Positions 8,244 through 16,465 of a stretch of DNA of 64,000 nucleotides are shown piece by piece. The DNA comes from a virus (Duplodnaviria; Heunggongvirae; Uroviricota; Caudoviricetes). Location: IMG/VR virus record IMGVR_UViG_3300037156_000269, positions 96,626 through 160,625 of that record. One strand, 5' to 3'. Numbering within the stretch: the stretch's first letter is position 1; every line of letters begins with the position of its first letter. The notes below the pieces were generated by a model. That model had not been told where the DNA came from. It made no database searches and worked only from the letters and a program-made list of their open reading frames with translations. The translations under genes were made by a program, and so were the position numbers.

Positions 8244-9476
8244 TTAGAGTGGGATATCTACATCTGTGTCATAGACTTTATTATCGACCGCAGCAGTGGA
8301 ATTGTCAATAGTCCCTTCTTTTATGTCGTTCCGCGTGGGGCCGCGGGAGATCAGGTAGTGGGTTCCGCCGATCGCTCTCACTGCCGTTTTTGCAAACAGA
8401 TCCGCCGATATCATTCCGCGGATAGCTAGAACAACTTTGTCGTCTGTCTGATCCGCGCATGTTAGAACAAAATGTGGTGTTACGTTAAGATCAAAGGCTG
8501 TGATCAAATCCTCCTTAATTGTATCCACAAGAACGCCTTGATCGATAAGCCCAAATCGCAAGTCACCCTGATGCTCATTAGGGACGTTCGTCTCATCCAT
8601 AACCCCATCTGGCCGAGAAACCTCCCACGGCAGAGGTCCAGCTCCGTGACGAGTCAGGTAAGTTCTCGACACGTAGTACGCATCCAGTTTAGTTATCCCA
8701 ACTTCACGAGCAAGTTCTGCGACGTATGGAAGTCCGGTCTTCGAGTGTGTGGTGTGCGGGAAGTTGGGGTGGTCCATATCCAGCATGAGTCCTTGGGCAC
8801 CCTCGAAAATTAAATGCTGACCTTCGTCTGCTCCCTCGCAAAAACTGCCCCACATAATGCCATGAGCCCAGTTAGTTAGAGTACCGCAGTCTGAAAGGAA
8901 ATGGTCGATGATTCCACTATCGTGAAGATACGGAAGCTCACCATCTAACCCGAGCTCCTCCATTCTGCGCGGCACGTACTTGTCTCTAATCCACTGGAGT
9001 TTGTTCTTGAGTGTTTTCTGGTTGCTCAAATCTGTGTAGTGCAAGTTAAACGCGGTTTTGGTTCGCTGGAGGGTCTCGTTAAAGCCAGCGCCACAACTGC
9101 CGTGCCTCTTGTCGCCACGCTGCCTCTCGATCGCGTGGTTGAGTATTATGTCGAACGGGGTGGTCAAAGGGCATCTTGGATCAATGTAAATTGCTGGGGT
9201 CGGTATTTTATCTTTAAGCTCCGCGAACTCTTTTACAAAGAGAATTGGGTTCACAACGAATCCGCGTGCCAGAAATGTCGGAGCACCTGAGAAGCTGCCG
9301 CTTCCGAAATGGTGAAAGACATGGCGCTTGCCGTCTGTGGTTACTACAGTGTGGCCGGCCTGCGCGCCGCCGTTGAAGCGGACGACTGTCGCGCTACCCT
9401 GTGCCGCTAAATAGTCGACAGTTAGGCCTTTTCCCTCGTCTCCAAAATTTGCTCCTATAACAACTGATGTTCTCAT
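8244..9476 (-). CDS. adenylosuccinate synthetase family protein (PurA homologue; PurZ-like candidate)
   Basis: GDEGKG P-loop, RFNGGAQAGHT, FEGAQGLMLDMDH, TRHGAGP motifs conserved; guanine-specificity TKLD motif replaced by TCAD and GRRRRTGW region divergent. Confidence 0.8.
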   Translation of the reverse strand: MRTSVVIGANFGDEGKGLTVDYLAAQGSATVVRFNGGAQAGHTVVTTDGKRHVFHHFGSGSFSGAPTFLARGFVVNPILFVKEFAELKDKIPTPAIYIDPRCPLTTPFDIILNHAIERQRGDKRHGSCGAGFNETLQRTKTAFNLHYTDLSNQKTLKNKLQWIRDKYVPRRMEELGLDGELPYLHDSGIIDHFLSDCGTLTNWAHGIMWGSFCEGADEGQHLIFEGAQGLMLDMDHPNFPHTTHSKTGLPYVAELAREVGITKLDAYYVSRTYLTRHGAGPLPWEVSRPDGVMDETNVPNEHQGDLRFGLIDQGVLVDTIKEDLITAFDLNVTPHFVLTCADQTDDKVVLAIRGMISADLFAKTAVRAIGGTHYLISRGPTRNDIKEGTIDNSTAAVDNKVYDTDVDIPL

Positions 9477-9486
9477 AAATCTCCTT

Positions 9487-9524
9487 TAAAAATAAAAAGT
9501 CCCTACCTCGTTAAAGGTAGGGAC
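9487..9524 (-). terminator. rho-independent terminator-like hairpin
   Basis: 9-bp stem GTCCCTACC/GGTAGGGAC with 8-nt loop followed on the minus strand by a T-rich run, between the VWA gene and the purA-like start. Confidence 0.4.
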
Positions 9525-9700
9525 AAGGTGGGGCGTGTCTACAGTGGCCATTACTCAACATTCTGGCATGTACCACAGCTTCCCGCGCCGCCACCAAAAC
9601 AAAAGATGACGGTGTCCCTTCTGAGCCACTTAATCCCAGCGGCAGATACCGCAGGTAGTTCTAGCTCTATGCCCAGTCCATACACCGCCACCAAAAACAA

Positions 9701-10615
9701 TTACAAACTAACTACGCCATTCACTGAGGAATTGGTGCCTACTGTCAAACCACCGATGGCTTTTGAAACCACAAGAGCTGTCGACTTATCCCACGAATCC
9801 ACAACAGCCGCATGGTCAGTACCTTCAGCAACCTGAATAGTAGAGACTATAACTTCAGCCATCTTCGTATGATCTGCCAAGTGAAGCGCCCGCTGACCAA
9901 GAACTTTTTTCCACTTCTCATCGACCGATGGAAATTTACCATTTGAACCTTCATCTACGATGAGATGGAAAATTTCCCACTGCTTCGACGCCATTGTCAA
10001 AAGAGCGTCCATCGAGAAATCCGACTGGATCTCGTGACCAAAGATGTCTTTCAAGTTCTTCTTTAGAAGATGTGGAGTCGGCTCTTCGTCACCTACAGTG
10101 AACAGGTAGCCCTTTTTTCCGCGCTTCTCAAAACAGTCGATCTTGGTATGAAGTGCTGCGAAATACCATGCTAGAGCGTAGCCCTCGTACTCATTTCCGC
10201 CACCGCCCATTTCAAGGTAAAGCTTCTCTAAATCTGTTGCAATGCGGATATCGGATTCGAACTGAGTAGCCTGGAGGGGCGCACTGTCGCACTCAGCATC
10301 TCCGATAGCGAGGCAGCACACCTGAGGGCTTGTGACTGGCTTTCTGTCGTAGATATCTTTCATCAGAGTTGGAAGACCCTTACGGGCCATCGAATCAAGA
10401 ACACGACCCATCGAGCCCGTCACATCAAGACCGATAATGATGGCCGTCGAGTTGGCGTTGTCAGCCGAGTCACGTGACTCGCGAAACGTGATCTTCTTAG
10501 GGTCAAGATCCTCGTTCAGCTTACTCGAATAAATCTCTCTTGTGGACTTACTCGACATGCCGCTCGTTGTCGCGTACGTATCCCAATCACTTGGTTTCCA
10601 CGAACCGCTTCCCAT
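9701..10615 (-). CDS. von Willebrand factor A (VWA) domain protein
   Basis: MIDAS motif IIIGLDVTGSMG and VWA-like fold pattern. Confidence 0.7.
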   Translation of the reverse strand: MGSGSWKPSDWDTYATTSGMSSKSTREIYSSKLNEDLDPKKITFRESRDSADNANSTAIIIGLDVTGSMGRVLDSMARKGLPTLMKDIYDRKPVTSPQVCCLAIGDAECDSAPLQATQFESDIRIATDLEKLYLEMGGGGNEYEGYALAWYFAALHTKIDCFEKRGKKGYLFTVGDEEPTPHLLKKNLKDIFGHEIQSDFSMDALLTMASKQWEIFHLIVDEGSNGKFPSVDEKWKKVLGQRALHLADHTKMAEVIVSTIQVAEGTDHAAVVDSWDKSTALVVSKAIGGLTVGTNSSVNGVVSL

Positions 10616-10950
10616 CAGTTATCTCCTTGTGGTTGAACTTCCTCTTCAGACAGATCGAGGTGATCCAGAGCCCCTTCGAGGTGCTCCAAGTCACACAGAA
10701 CCAGTTTCTGAGCAACTTTGCTGTCATCGACTTCGAAGTAGTGCCCCACGATCGGATCGATGCTGTAAACGCCGCCCGGGTCTTCTGTGTCGTGAAACAC
10801 GTTGATTGAGACAACTAGGTTACCCTTAGCCGCGCGCACTCCTTGCAAAAGTGTGATGAGGTCGTCGACCAGAAGCGGTGTCGGCGCTGTCACCACTGCC
10901 TCCGTTTTTTCAGCATACTCCTCAGGTTCAAACGTAGATCCCATTCCCAT
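10615..10950 (-). CDS. hypothetical acidic protein
   Basis: 111-aa ORF. Confidence 0.4.
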   Translation of the reverse strand: MGMGSTFEPEEYAEKTEAVVTAPTPLLVDDLITLLQGVRAAKGNLVVSINVFHDTEDPGGVYSIDPIVGHYFEVDDSKVAQKLVLCDLEHLEGALDHLDLSEEEVQPQGDN

Positions 10951-10961
10951 AAATCTCCTTC

Positions 10962-11963
10962 TTACCCTACCGGGTAAATTTGTGATGGCTTCAGGTCCAT
11001 GACCGTAAAGCGTTTCGGACCAAAACTTTTAAGTAACACTTCATTCCATTCCTTATACGCGGCAAATGCGTCTTTTTGCGCCACTTCACCTAAACAATCC
11101 ATGAGCGCAACTGGAGCCGAGCTGCCCGGCCCCAGGATCTCACGCCCAGTGGCCTTTACAAGCTCCATGTCGGTCTTTCGCGACGCGCGCTTAGTAACCT
11201 TCACCTTCCACGGCAGAAGCCCGTGGGTGCGCTTTGAGACCTTCGCGATCGGCGCTCCGGCGGCCTTTGAATACCACCAGCCGCCCAGAACCGCGAGAGA
11301 GTGGTCGGCTGGATCGATGAACACCGTGTCAGGCGATATCTCGTTGTGACAAAGTTTCACAGCGTGCAGGTAGCACGCAAAATTGTGGAGGCGATTTTGG
11401 ATCCAAGCCACGTGCTTTGCGTCGATGTGGCCGTCATAATGCTCGAGCACATCGCGAAGCCGGATGAGTTCTGGGCGTTTGGTGATGTGAAGCACCAGAC
11501 GGTCGGCCTCTGTCTCGAAAGACTCAAAGTTCATCGGCAAGTACGGACTGATCTCTTTTTTCATTTGATCAGAAGAAAAAGGAAAGTCGACAATGGCATT
11601 GATTGCATTTTGCCATAGGTCTTTATGTTCTTTATCTAAAACATAAGTCACAGAGTCTGTGCCTAGGTAGCAGGTGCCAAGCTCGAATAGACTGGCCGTG
11701 TGGTATTTTACGTTACGACCCTTACCAGACTTATCCACAATGCGTATATAGGTCTGCCCCCTCCACTCGTCATTGGTTATTCTGATCTCGGCCTGCGCGT
11801 AAAGCCTGGCAATGTGCGAGAACACTTCAGTCGCCTGTTTATCTTTACAAACATCCGGGTGCCACTTCTTTGACAGGTCATGATACTCTTTTTTGACCAG
11901 CGAAGCCTCAACCGCGAACAGCTTCTCTGGATACTTGATGGCCAGGATTTCTGCTGCGGTCAT
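10962..11963 (-). CDS. J-domain (DnaJ-like) protein with uncharacterised C-terminal domain
   Basis: N-terminal KKEYHDLSKKWHPDV with HPD tripeptide in J-domain helix-II context. Confidence 0.6.
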   Translation of the reverse strand: MTAAEILAIKYPEKLFAVEASLVKKEYHDLSKKWHPDVCKDKQATEVFSHIARLYAQAEIRITNDEWRGQTYIRIVDKSGKGRNVKYHTASLFELGTCYLGTDSVTYVLDKEHKDLWQNAINAIVDFPFSSDQMKKEISPYLPMNFESFETEADRLVLHITKRPELIRLRDVLEHYDGHIDAKHVAWIQNRLHNFACYLHAVKLCHNEISPDTVFIDPADHSLAVLGGWWYSKAAGAPIAKVSKRTHGLLPWKVKVTKRASRKTDMELVKATGREILGPGSSAPVALMDCLGEVAQKDAFAAYKEWNEVLLKSFGPKRFTVMDLKPSQIYPVG

Positions 11964-12280
11964 GTGCTTCCTTCTTCTAGTAATTTCTGATTTTCGATCA
12001 AAGCAGGAGACGCGTCGCGCTCAACGCACGGTTCGAAGTTTTTCCTGAATTGATGGTCGGAGGAGACATAATACGGAGAACCGATTGTGCAGCTCAAACT
12101 GCACACAACCCAATCACCAGGTCTAAGCGACACAGACTCAAACTCTGACATGTGAAATTCTAGAGTGGGCTGCGGCACGTACGGACGTCGTAAAAATTTC
12201 GCCACGATCTCTCTGTTGTCCGTAGCCACCCACTGAATCGCCAGGACTTCTTCGCCTGAGCTCTTTGAACGAAATCTCAT
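11960..12280 (-). CDS. hypothetical protein
   Basis: 106-aa ORF with conserved start context. Confidence 0.45.
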   Translation of the reverse strand: MRFRSKSSGEEVLAIQWVATDNREIVAKFLRRPYVPQPTLEFHMSEFESVSLRPGDWVVCSLSCTIGSPYYVSSDHQFRKNFEPCVERDASPALIENQKLLEEGST

Positions 12281-12302
12281 AAATCTCCCTTAAGTTTTCT
12301 AC

Positions 12303-12623
12303 CTATAAACCCAGAGCCTTGTAAAGCCCACATTTCTCTTCTACCAGGAATTTATGCATTTTGGGCGGGCAGTCCTCAATAAGCTTTGTGAGGTGCTTTG
12401 CAGCCTCGTCTTTTGACTCGGTCTTTACGAGCTGCGTGAAATTAAGAAAAACACAAATTCTGTCGTCTTTTAGGTTGTAGCCGCGGTGTGGCCAGGCGTT
12501 CCAGAGGCTCGCGTAAATGCAAACTTCGCCGAACTGCTTGAAGTCCACGTAGGCCCAGTTGTTTCTGAATTCGTTGAGGATCCCGATCCTGTAGAGGATG
12601 GGGGAGGTGTATTCGGGTGGCAT
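12303..12623 (-). CDS. hypothetical protein
   Basis: 106-aa ORF with conserved start context. Confidence 0.45.
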   Translation of the reverse strand: MPPEYTSPILYRIGILNEFRNNWAYVDFKQFGEVCIYASLWNAWPHRGYNLKDDRICVFLNFTQLVKTESKDEAAKHLTKLIEDCPPKMHKFLVEEKCGLYKALGL

Positions 12624-12645
12624 AAATCTCCAGTGTAAACAAAAT

Positions 12646-12720
12646 GGCTAGATTGGCAGGATTCGAACCTGCGACCGCACGCTTAACAGGCGTGAGCTCT
12701 ACCTCTGAGCTACAATCTAA
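12646..12720 (-). tRNA. tRNA-Asn (anticodon GUU), CCA encoded
   Basis: Perfect 7-bp acceptor UAGAUUG/CAAUCUA, D-arm GCUC/GAGC, anticodon stem CACGC/GCGUG, loop CUGUUAA, T-arm GCAGG-UUCGAAU-CCUGC, discriminator G + CCA. Confidence 0.8.
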
Positions 12721-12797
12721 CAACAGGGCTATTATCCCTAATAGGTATAATGTCGCCCATCTTACCCTATTTCAAGCTTTCATTACCTAATTTAAAA

Positions 12798-12886
12798 TGG
12801 CGGAGCCTGCGTGATTCGAACACGCGCCAAGCTTTCGCGAGGACGGTTTAGCAAACCGTTGGTTTAAGCCTCTCACCCAAAGCTCC
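12798..12886 (-). tRNA. tRNA-Ser (anticodon GCU), class II, CCA encoded
   Basis: Acceptor GGAGCUU/AGGCUCC, anticodon stem ACGGU/ACCGU, loop UUGCUAA, long variable arm, T-arm GCGUG-UUCGAAU-CACGC. Confidence 0.75.
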
Positions 12887-12893
12887 GTAAAAA

Positions 12894-12981
12894 TGGCGGA
12901 AGACCCGAGACTCGAACTCGGACGACTTTTCAGTCTCGGCGGATTTCAAGTCCGCTGGTTTAGCCATTCACCCAATCTTCC
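12894..12981 (-). tRNA. tRNA-Ser (anticodon UGA), class II, CCA encoded
   Basis: Acceptor GGAAGAU/GUCUUCC, anticodon stem GCGGA/UCCGC, loop CUUGAAA, long variable arm, T-arm CCGAG-UUCGAGU-CUCGG. Confidence 0.75.
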
Positions 12982-12999
12982 ACAAAACCAAAACAAAAC

Positions 13000-13082
13000 T
13001 GGTGTCTAAGGCGAGACTTGAACTCGCAAGCCGAGGCCACGGGTTTTAAGCCCGCTGTGTTTACCAATTTCACCACTCAGAC
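13000..13082 (-). tRNA. tRNA-Leu (anticodon UAA), class II, CCA encoded
   Basis: Acceptor GUCUGAG/CUUAGAC, anticodon stem GCGGG/CCCGU, loop CUUAAAA, long variable arm, T-arm GCGAG-UUCAAGU-CUCGC, discriminator A. Confidence 0.75.
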
Positions 13083-13086
13083 ACTA

Positions 13087-13169
13087 TGGTACCCGAGACA
13101 GGACTTGAACCTGCACGCTTGCGCACCAGATCCTAAGTCTGGCGTGTCTGCCAATTTCACCACTCGGGC
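13087..13169 (-). tRNA. tRNA-Leu (anticodon UAG), class II, CCA encoded
   Basis: Acceptor GCCCGAG/CUCGGGU, D-region near-identical to the UAA Leu tRNA, anticodon stem CCAGA/UCUGG, loop CUUAGGA, T-loop UUCAAGU; two G.U pairs make it slightly less canonical. Confidence 0.65.
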
Positions 13170-13356
13170 ACAAAACAAAAACCCCGGGTTTTATCCCAGG
13201 GTTCCTTTAATCTAAACTCTAATTTTTAATCAGACGTTAGACGAAGTTCCCCCTGAGCTCAGCGCTCAAATTCGAATAATTACTGGATGAGAGGGATAAA
13301 AGTAGTAACGTCATAAATTGAAGTCTATCTCGTTTATGTTGGAATTCAAGCGAAAT

Positions 13357-13971
13357 TTACGGAGTACCAAAAATCCGGTCCCACACGCCAGTGATGACAC
13401 CAAACTTCTCGTTCGGCCGCTTGTGGTGCCGCTCGTGGTTCGCGCGCGCCCAATTGCCAGGAAGAAATTTGGAGAAGTGCACAAGGTTATGCAGGTACAG
13501 GTAGATCCCATATCCGAGCAAAATGCCGGCATCAAGTGGAGCCGCGTTTTCAGCGCCAATAGCTAAAAATAAAAATCCATAAACAGCGCTCATGATGAGA
13601 ATGGTGTTCAGTAAACCCGGGCCTGATTGCTCTTTCGGATGCGTGTGGTGACGCATGTGGCTCTTGATCCGGTACACGTGGAGCGCGCGGTGAATTGCGT
13701 ACTCAGCAAAAGACCAGAACACGATACCCGCAAAGACAAGGCAAACCAATGACATATCCATGCCAGCTGTGATGAGGCGATATTCCAGTAACAAGATGGC
13801 CGCAATGGGTGCCAAAACCATGTCCGCGTAGTACAAGTATTTCATATTCACATTGTACCACGCCACATCAGAAAAGGAAAATCTCCCGCCAGATCCTCCA
13901 TACGATGACTGTAGGTACAGCCAAAGGCCCAAGCGCCGCCTACTTTCCCTGAGCATCCCGCACCTCATCAT
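13357..13971 (-). CDS. fatty-acid hydroxylase / sterol-desaturase superfamily membrane enzyme
   Basis: Three histidine boxes (HRALH, HMRHHTH, HERHH) and four hydrophobic segments. Confidence 0.7.
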   Translation of the reverse strand: MMRCGMLRESRRRLGLWLYLQSSYGGSGGRFSFSDVAWYNVNMKYLYYADMVLAPIAAILLLEYRLITAGMDMSLVCLVFAGIVFWSFAEYAIHRALHVYRIKSHMRHHTHPKEQSGPGLLNTILIMSAVYGFLFLAIGAENAAPLDAGILLGYGIYLYLHNLVHFSKFLPGNWARANHERHHKRPNEKFGVITGVWDRIFGTP

Positions 13972-14011
13972 ACGACCACAAACCTAGAGGCATCATTTGT
14001 GGAAGTGCATA

Positions 14012-14371
14012 TCAAATCAAATTATAGTGTCTTATCACACCCCAGCCGTATGCCGGATCTGCGACAGTAAATCTGCCGTGAGAGGGGTCATAGCTTATTC
14101 GAGCTCCCCTGTACCTTCCATTTTTATCTCTTGGCACAAGTGGGTCTAAGTCAGATGTGACAGAGATTATAGTAACTTTGATTTTAGTGCTTTCAAGCAG
14201 ATCTATTGCTCTGTCGAGTTCCTTTAAAAACGGATCTCTATGCCTAAGTAAAACCTGTCTGATTTTTAACGACTCTGCGTCTTTTGAACGACGAGAGAAA
14301 AATACCAGCACACCGGCAAATATAAGAACGGAAATAATCTGGATAACGGAATAAATGTTCTCTACCATCAT
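14012..14371 (-). CDS. membrane-anchored hypothetical protein
   Basis: N-terminal TM helix; conserved GGAGATTTATG start context. Confidence 0.45.
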   Translation of the reverse strand: MMVENIYSVIQIISVLIFAGVLVFFSRRSKDAESLKIRQVLLRHRDPFLKELDRAIDLLESTKIKVTIISVTSDLDPLVPRDKNGRYRGARISYDPSHGRFTVADPAYGWGVIRHYNLI

Positions 14372-14489
14372 AAATCTCCTTTAAAAGGTAGGGGCGTCGT
14401 GATCCCTTCTCAGCAACTCCATTACAGAATCGCACAGAGCTACGCGCTTTAATCCAGCCGGGATATTGCCGGAACCCCATAAACAAAAA

Positions 14490-14920
14490 TGGTGGAGGTA
14501 GCGGGGTACTGCCCCCCGCGTACACAAAACTGGTTTAGTACACTCTCTACATGCTTAGTCGGATTATGGCTCGGCTCGCCCGCTTGCAGTTATACTCGGC
14601 AAGCTCACGATTTGGAGACGATTATGGCCGTCATCCTCCACCAGATGGTTTGTTTATCCCCGTCCAACAACGAGGTTCCGCCTAACTTATTAGAGAGGGG
14701 CGCGGCATCGTTGTCCCTCTTGCCAGTCTTAGGTATCAAGGCTCCTGGCGGCCCCGGCACTACTGCTGTTTAAGCAGCGATGCGATCGGCAGTAGCCTTG
14801 CGGCTAAAGTCGACGTGTGTAACATTGCTGTTAGCACTTATTGTTTTACCCATTTAAGAGACCTTGGGTGCTCTGCATGCAAGTGTAGTTCCAGTCCCAT
14901 GGCGAATCTAAGTTACCCCC
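14490..14920 (-). ncRNA. ssrA: tmRNA (transfer-messenger RNA)
   Basis: 5' GGGGGUAACUUAGAUUCGCC pairs with 3' UACCUCC-A-CCA giving a G3.U70 pair; 14-mer GACUAAGCAUGUAG and CCCAAGGU blocks shared with E. coli tmRNA; tag ORF AAUAAGU-GCU... encodes ANSNVTHVDFSRKATADRIAA-stop (about 14772-14835), closely resembling E. coli AAUAGUC-GCA... Confidence 0.85.
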
Positions 14921-14925
14921 ATAAA

Positions 14926-15144
14926 TTAATCTACTAATACTTTATTTCTCTTGTTTTTCAGTTTAGCTTCCATGACCTTCATTTTCGACACGCAGTTCAT
15001 CATGTACCAATCGCCGTCATTATCCAGCCACCTTTGCAGAATCTTTTTTGGATTACGACGGATCTCTTCGGGATTAAGGTGGTCATTTAACTCAATGGTC
15101 GTGTCAATCTTGATGAGCGCTTCAATTCGGACTTCTCTGCCCAT
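14926..15144 (-). CDS. hypothetical protein
   Basis: 72-aa ORF with conserved start context. Confidence 0.35.
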   Translation of the reverse strand: MGREVRIEALIKIDTTIELNDHLNPEEIRRNPKKILQRWLDNDGDWYMMNCVSKMKVMEAKLKNKRNKVLVD

Positions 15145-15170
15145 GATAAATCTCCTTTAAAACTAAACGA

Positions 15171-15644
15171 CTATTCTATACTTTTTTCATTCTCTTTTGC
15201 AAGCTCTTGAAGAAACCCAAAGAGATTATCGAACTCTTCATTCCGGAAAGCGTGGTACAGAAAGCCTTTAGGCTCGCTCATATCACCCAGATTGTGCCTG
15301 TTGATGCGCACATGTTCTAAGAGTCCGCGCTCGGTCAGGAAGACGTTCTGGACCTCCTGATGACTCTTGTACGGTATCTTCTCCACCAACTCAAGGTCGT
15401 GCTCTGGGTCGTTCTCCAGAAGCTCTTCCATTGAGCTGAAGGGCTCGTTGCCGTGCCTGTCTTTGTACCAGTACCCGTCGTTGTCGTAGCCGTCAGCGGC
15501 TGGGTAAACGATGTCCCGACGCAGGGCGAAGAAGTACGGTTTCGCCGTCGCACGGTTGTCCTGTCTTTCAATCTCGGTCGCTAGGCTTTTTAGGAATTCA
15601 TAAGACTTTTTGCTGATAGTGATTGTTACTTTTTCGTCGGACAT
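15171..15644 (-). CDS. hypothetical protein
   Basis: 157-aa ORF. Confidence 0.5.
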   Translation of the reverse strand: MSDEKVTITISKKSYEFLKSLATEIERQDNRATAKPYFFALRRDIVYPAADGYDNDGYWYKDRHGNEPFSSMEELLENDPEHDLELVEKIPYKSHQEVQNVFLTERGLLEHVRINRHNLGDMSEPKGFLYHAFRNEEFDNLFGFLQELAKENEKSIE

Positions 15645-15839
15645 TTGACCTCATTTACATGAAATTTTAATAAAAATCCTCACTGCCAGACTTTTAAAAC
15701 CGAAAAGCTGAAACCTTTGAACCCATTTTTCTTGTAATAAACACGGCATTCTTTTGCCCGCTTTTGCAGGTACTCTTTGTCTAGTGAGTACTCGATAGTG
15801 GTCTTGTTGATACGGGACTCTAAAATTAAAATGTACACC

Positions 15840-16166
15840 TCATGCCTCCAATCTCTTCAGCCTCTCAGCCTGCAGCTTCTGAGCCCGCTCCTTGTATAGG
15901 TACGCGCACGGAAGCTCCGGCACAACGCCGTAGTCCCTGCACACCTGCGGCCGAATGCTGTGAATCGAGCACTTGCCGTTAAGCAGGTAGGGACACGTGC
16001 CACCAGGCCTGTGGATTACTGTACCGCCAGGAATGCGGGCCAGAAGCGTTCCTTCAGGAATTCCACGAGTCAGGCGCACAAGTTGAAGCTCGCTGTCGGT
16101 GAAGACGGGAAAAGTACAGCATTGGCCACCGCACTCGTTACAAGGTAGTAACATCTTGCCCTCCAA
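15840..16166 (-). CDS. YkgJ-family Cys-cluster (Zn/Fe-S) protein
   Basis: CNECGGQCC ... C ... C pattern typical of the UPF0153/YkgJ family. Confidence 0.55.
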   Translation of the reverse strand: MEGKMLLPCNECGGQCCTFPVFTDSELQLVRLTRGIPEGTLLARIPGGTVIHRPGGTCPYLLNGKCSIHSIRPQVCRDYGVVPELPCAYLYKERAQKLQAERLKRLEA

Positions 16167-16368
16167 ACACCGTCTCTAGCCTCTCGACGATCCAGTCCAT
16201 TGGATCACCCGTGCGGGCTTTCTGGACTCCATAGGGCATCTCGAGTTGGAAGTTGACGTAGAGCTTTTCCCAAAGTCTTTCATCGTCCAGGATGTCGCGT
16301 TCGCCGCTTGCTATCTCTTTGCACTTTTCGATTTCGTCTTCTGTGAAGTTTTTTAGTTCGGTTGTCAT
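16138..16368 (-). CDS. hypothetical protein
   Basis: 76-aa ORF with conserved start context. Confidence 0.4.
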   Translation of the reverse strand: MTTELKNFTEDEIEKCKEIASGERDILDDERLWEKLYVNFQLEMPYGVQKARTGDPMDWIVERLETVFGGQDVTTL

Positions 16369-16465
16369 AAATCTCCTTTTAGTTCTAATAGGGTAATTGT
16401 TTACACATTACTTATACCCGATTAAAGGCTAAAAAGGAGCGCCCGAGGAGGGCGCCTCATAAGAG

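Noticed and set aside
13171-13195. AAAACCCCGGGTTTT as a rho-independent terminator
   Set aside because: The palindrome CCCGGG has no loop, so it is more likely a coincidental restriction-site-like palindrome.
14489-14773. 94-aa plus-strand ORF
   Set aside because: It lies entirely within the tmRNA gene on the opposite strand.
14490-14920. Possibility that the tmRNA marks a host ssrA attachment site with an integrated prophage
   Set aside because: There is no integrase or direct-repeat attachment-site core next to its 3' end. Phage-like small genes continue uninterrupted on both sides and in the same orientation.
15335-15571. 78-aa Thr/Gly/Arg-rich ORF overlapping 15171-15644
   Set aside because: It is an alternative frame of a better-supported gene and is compositionally biased.
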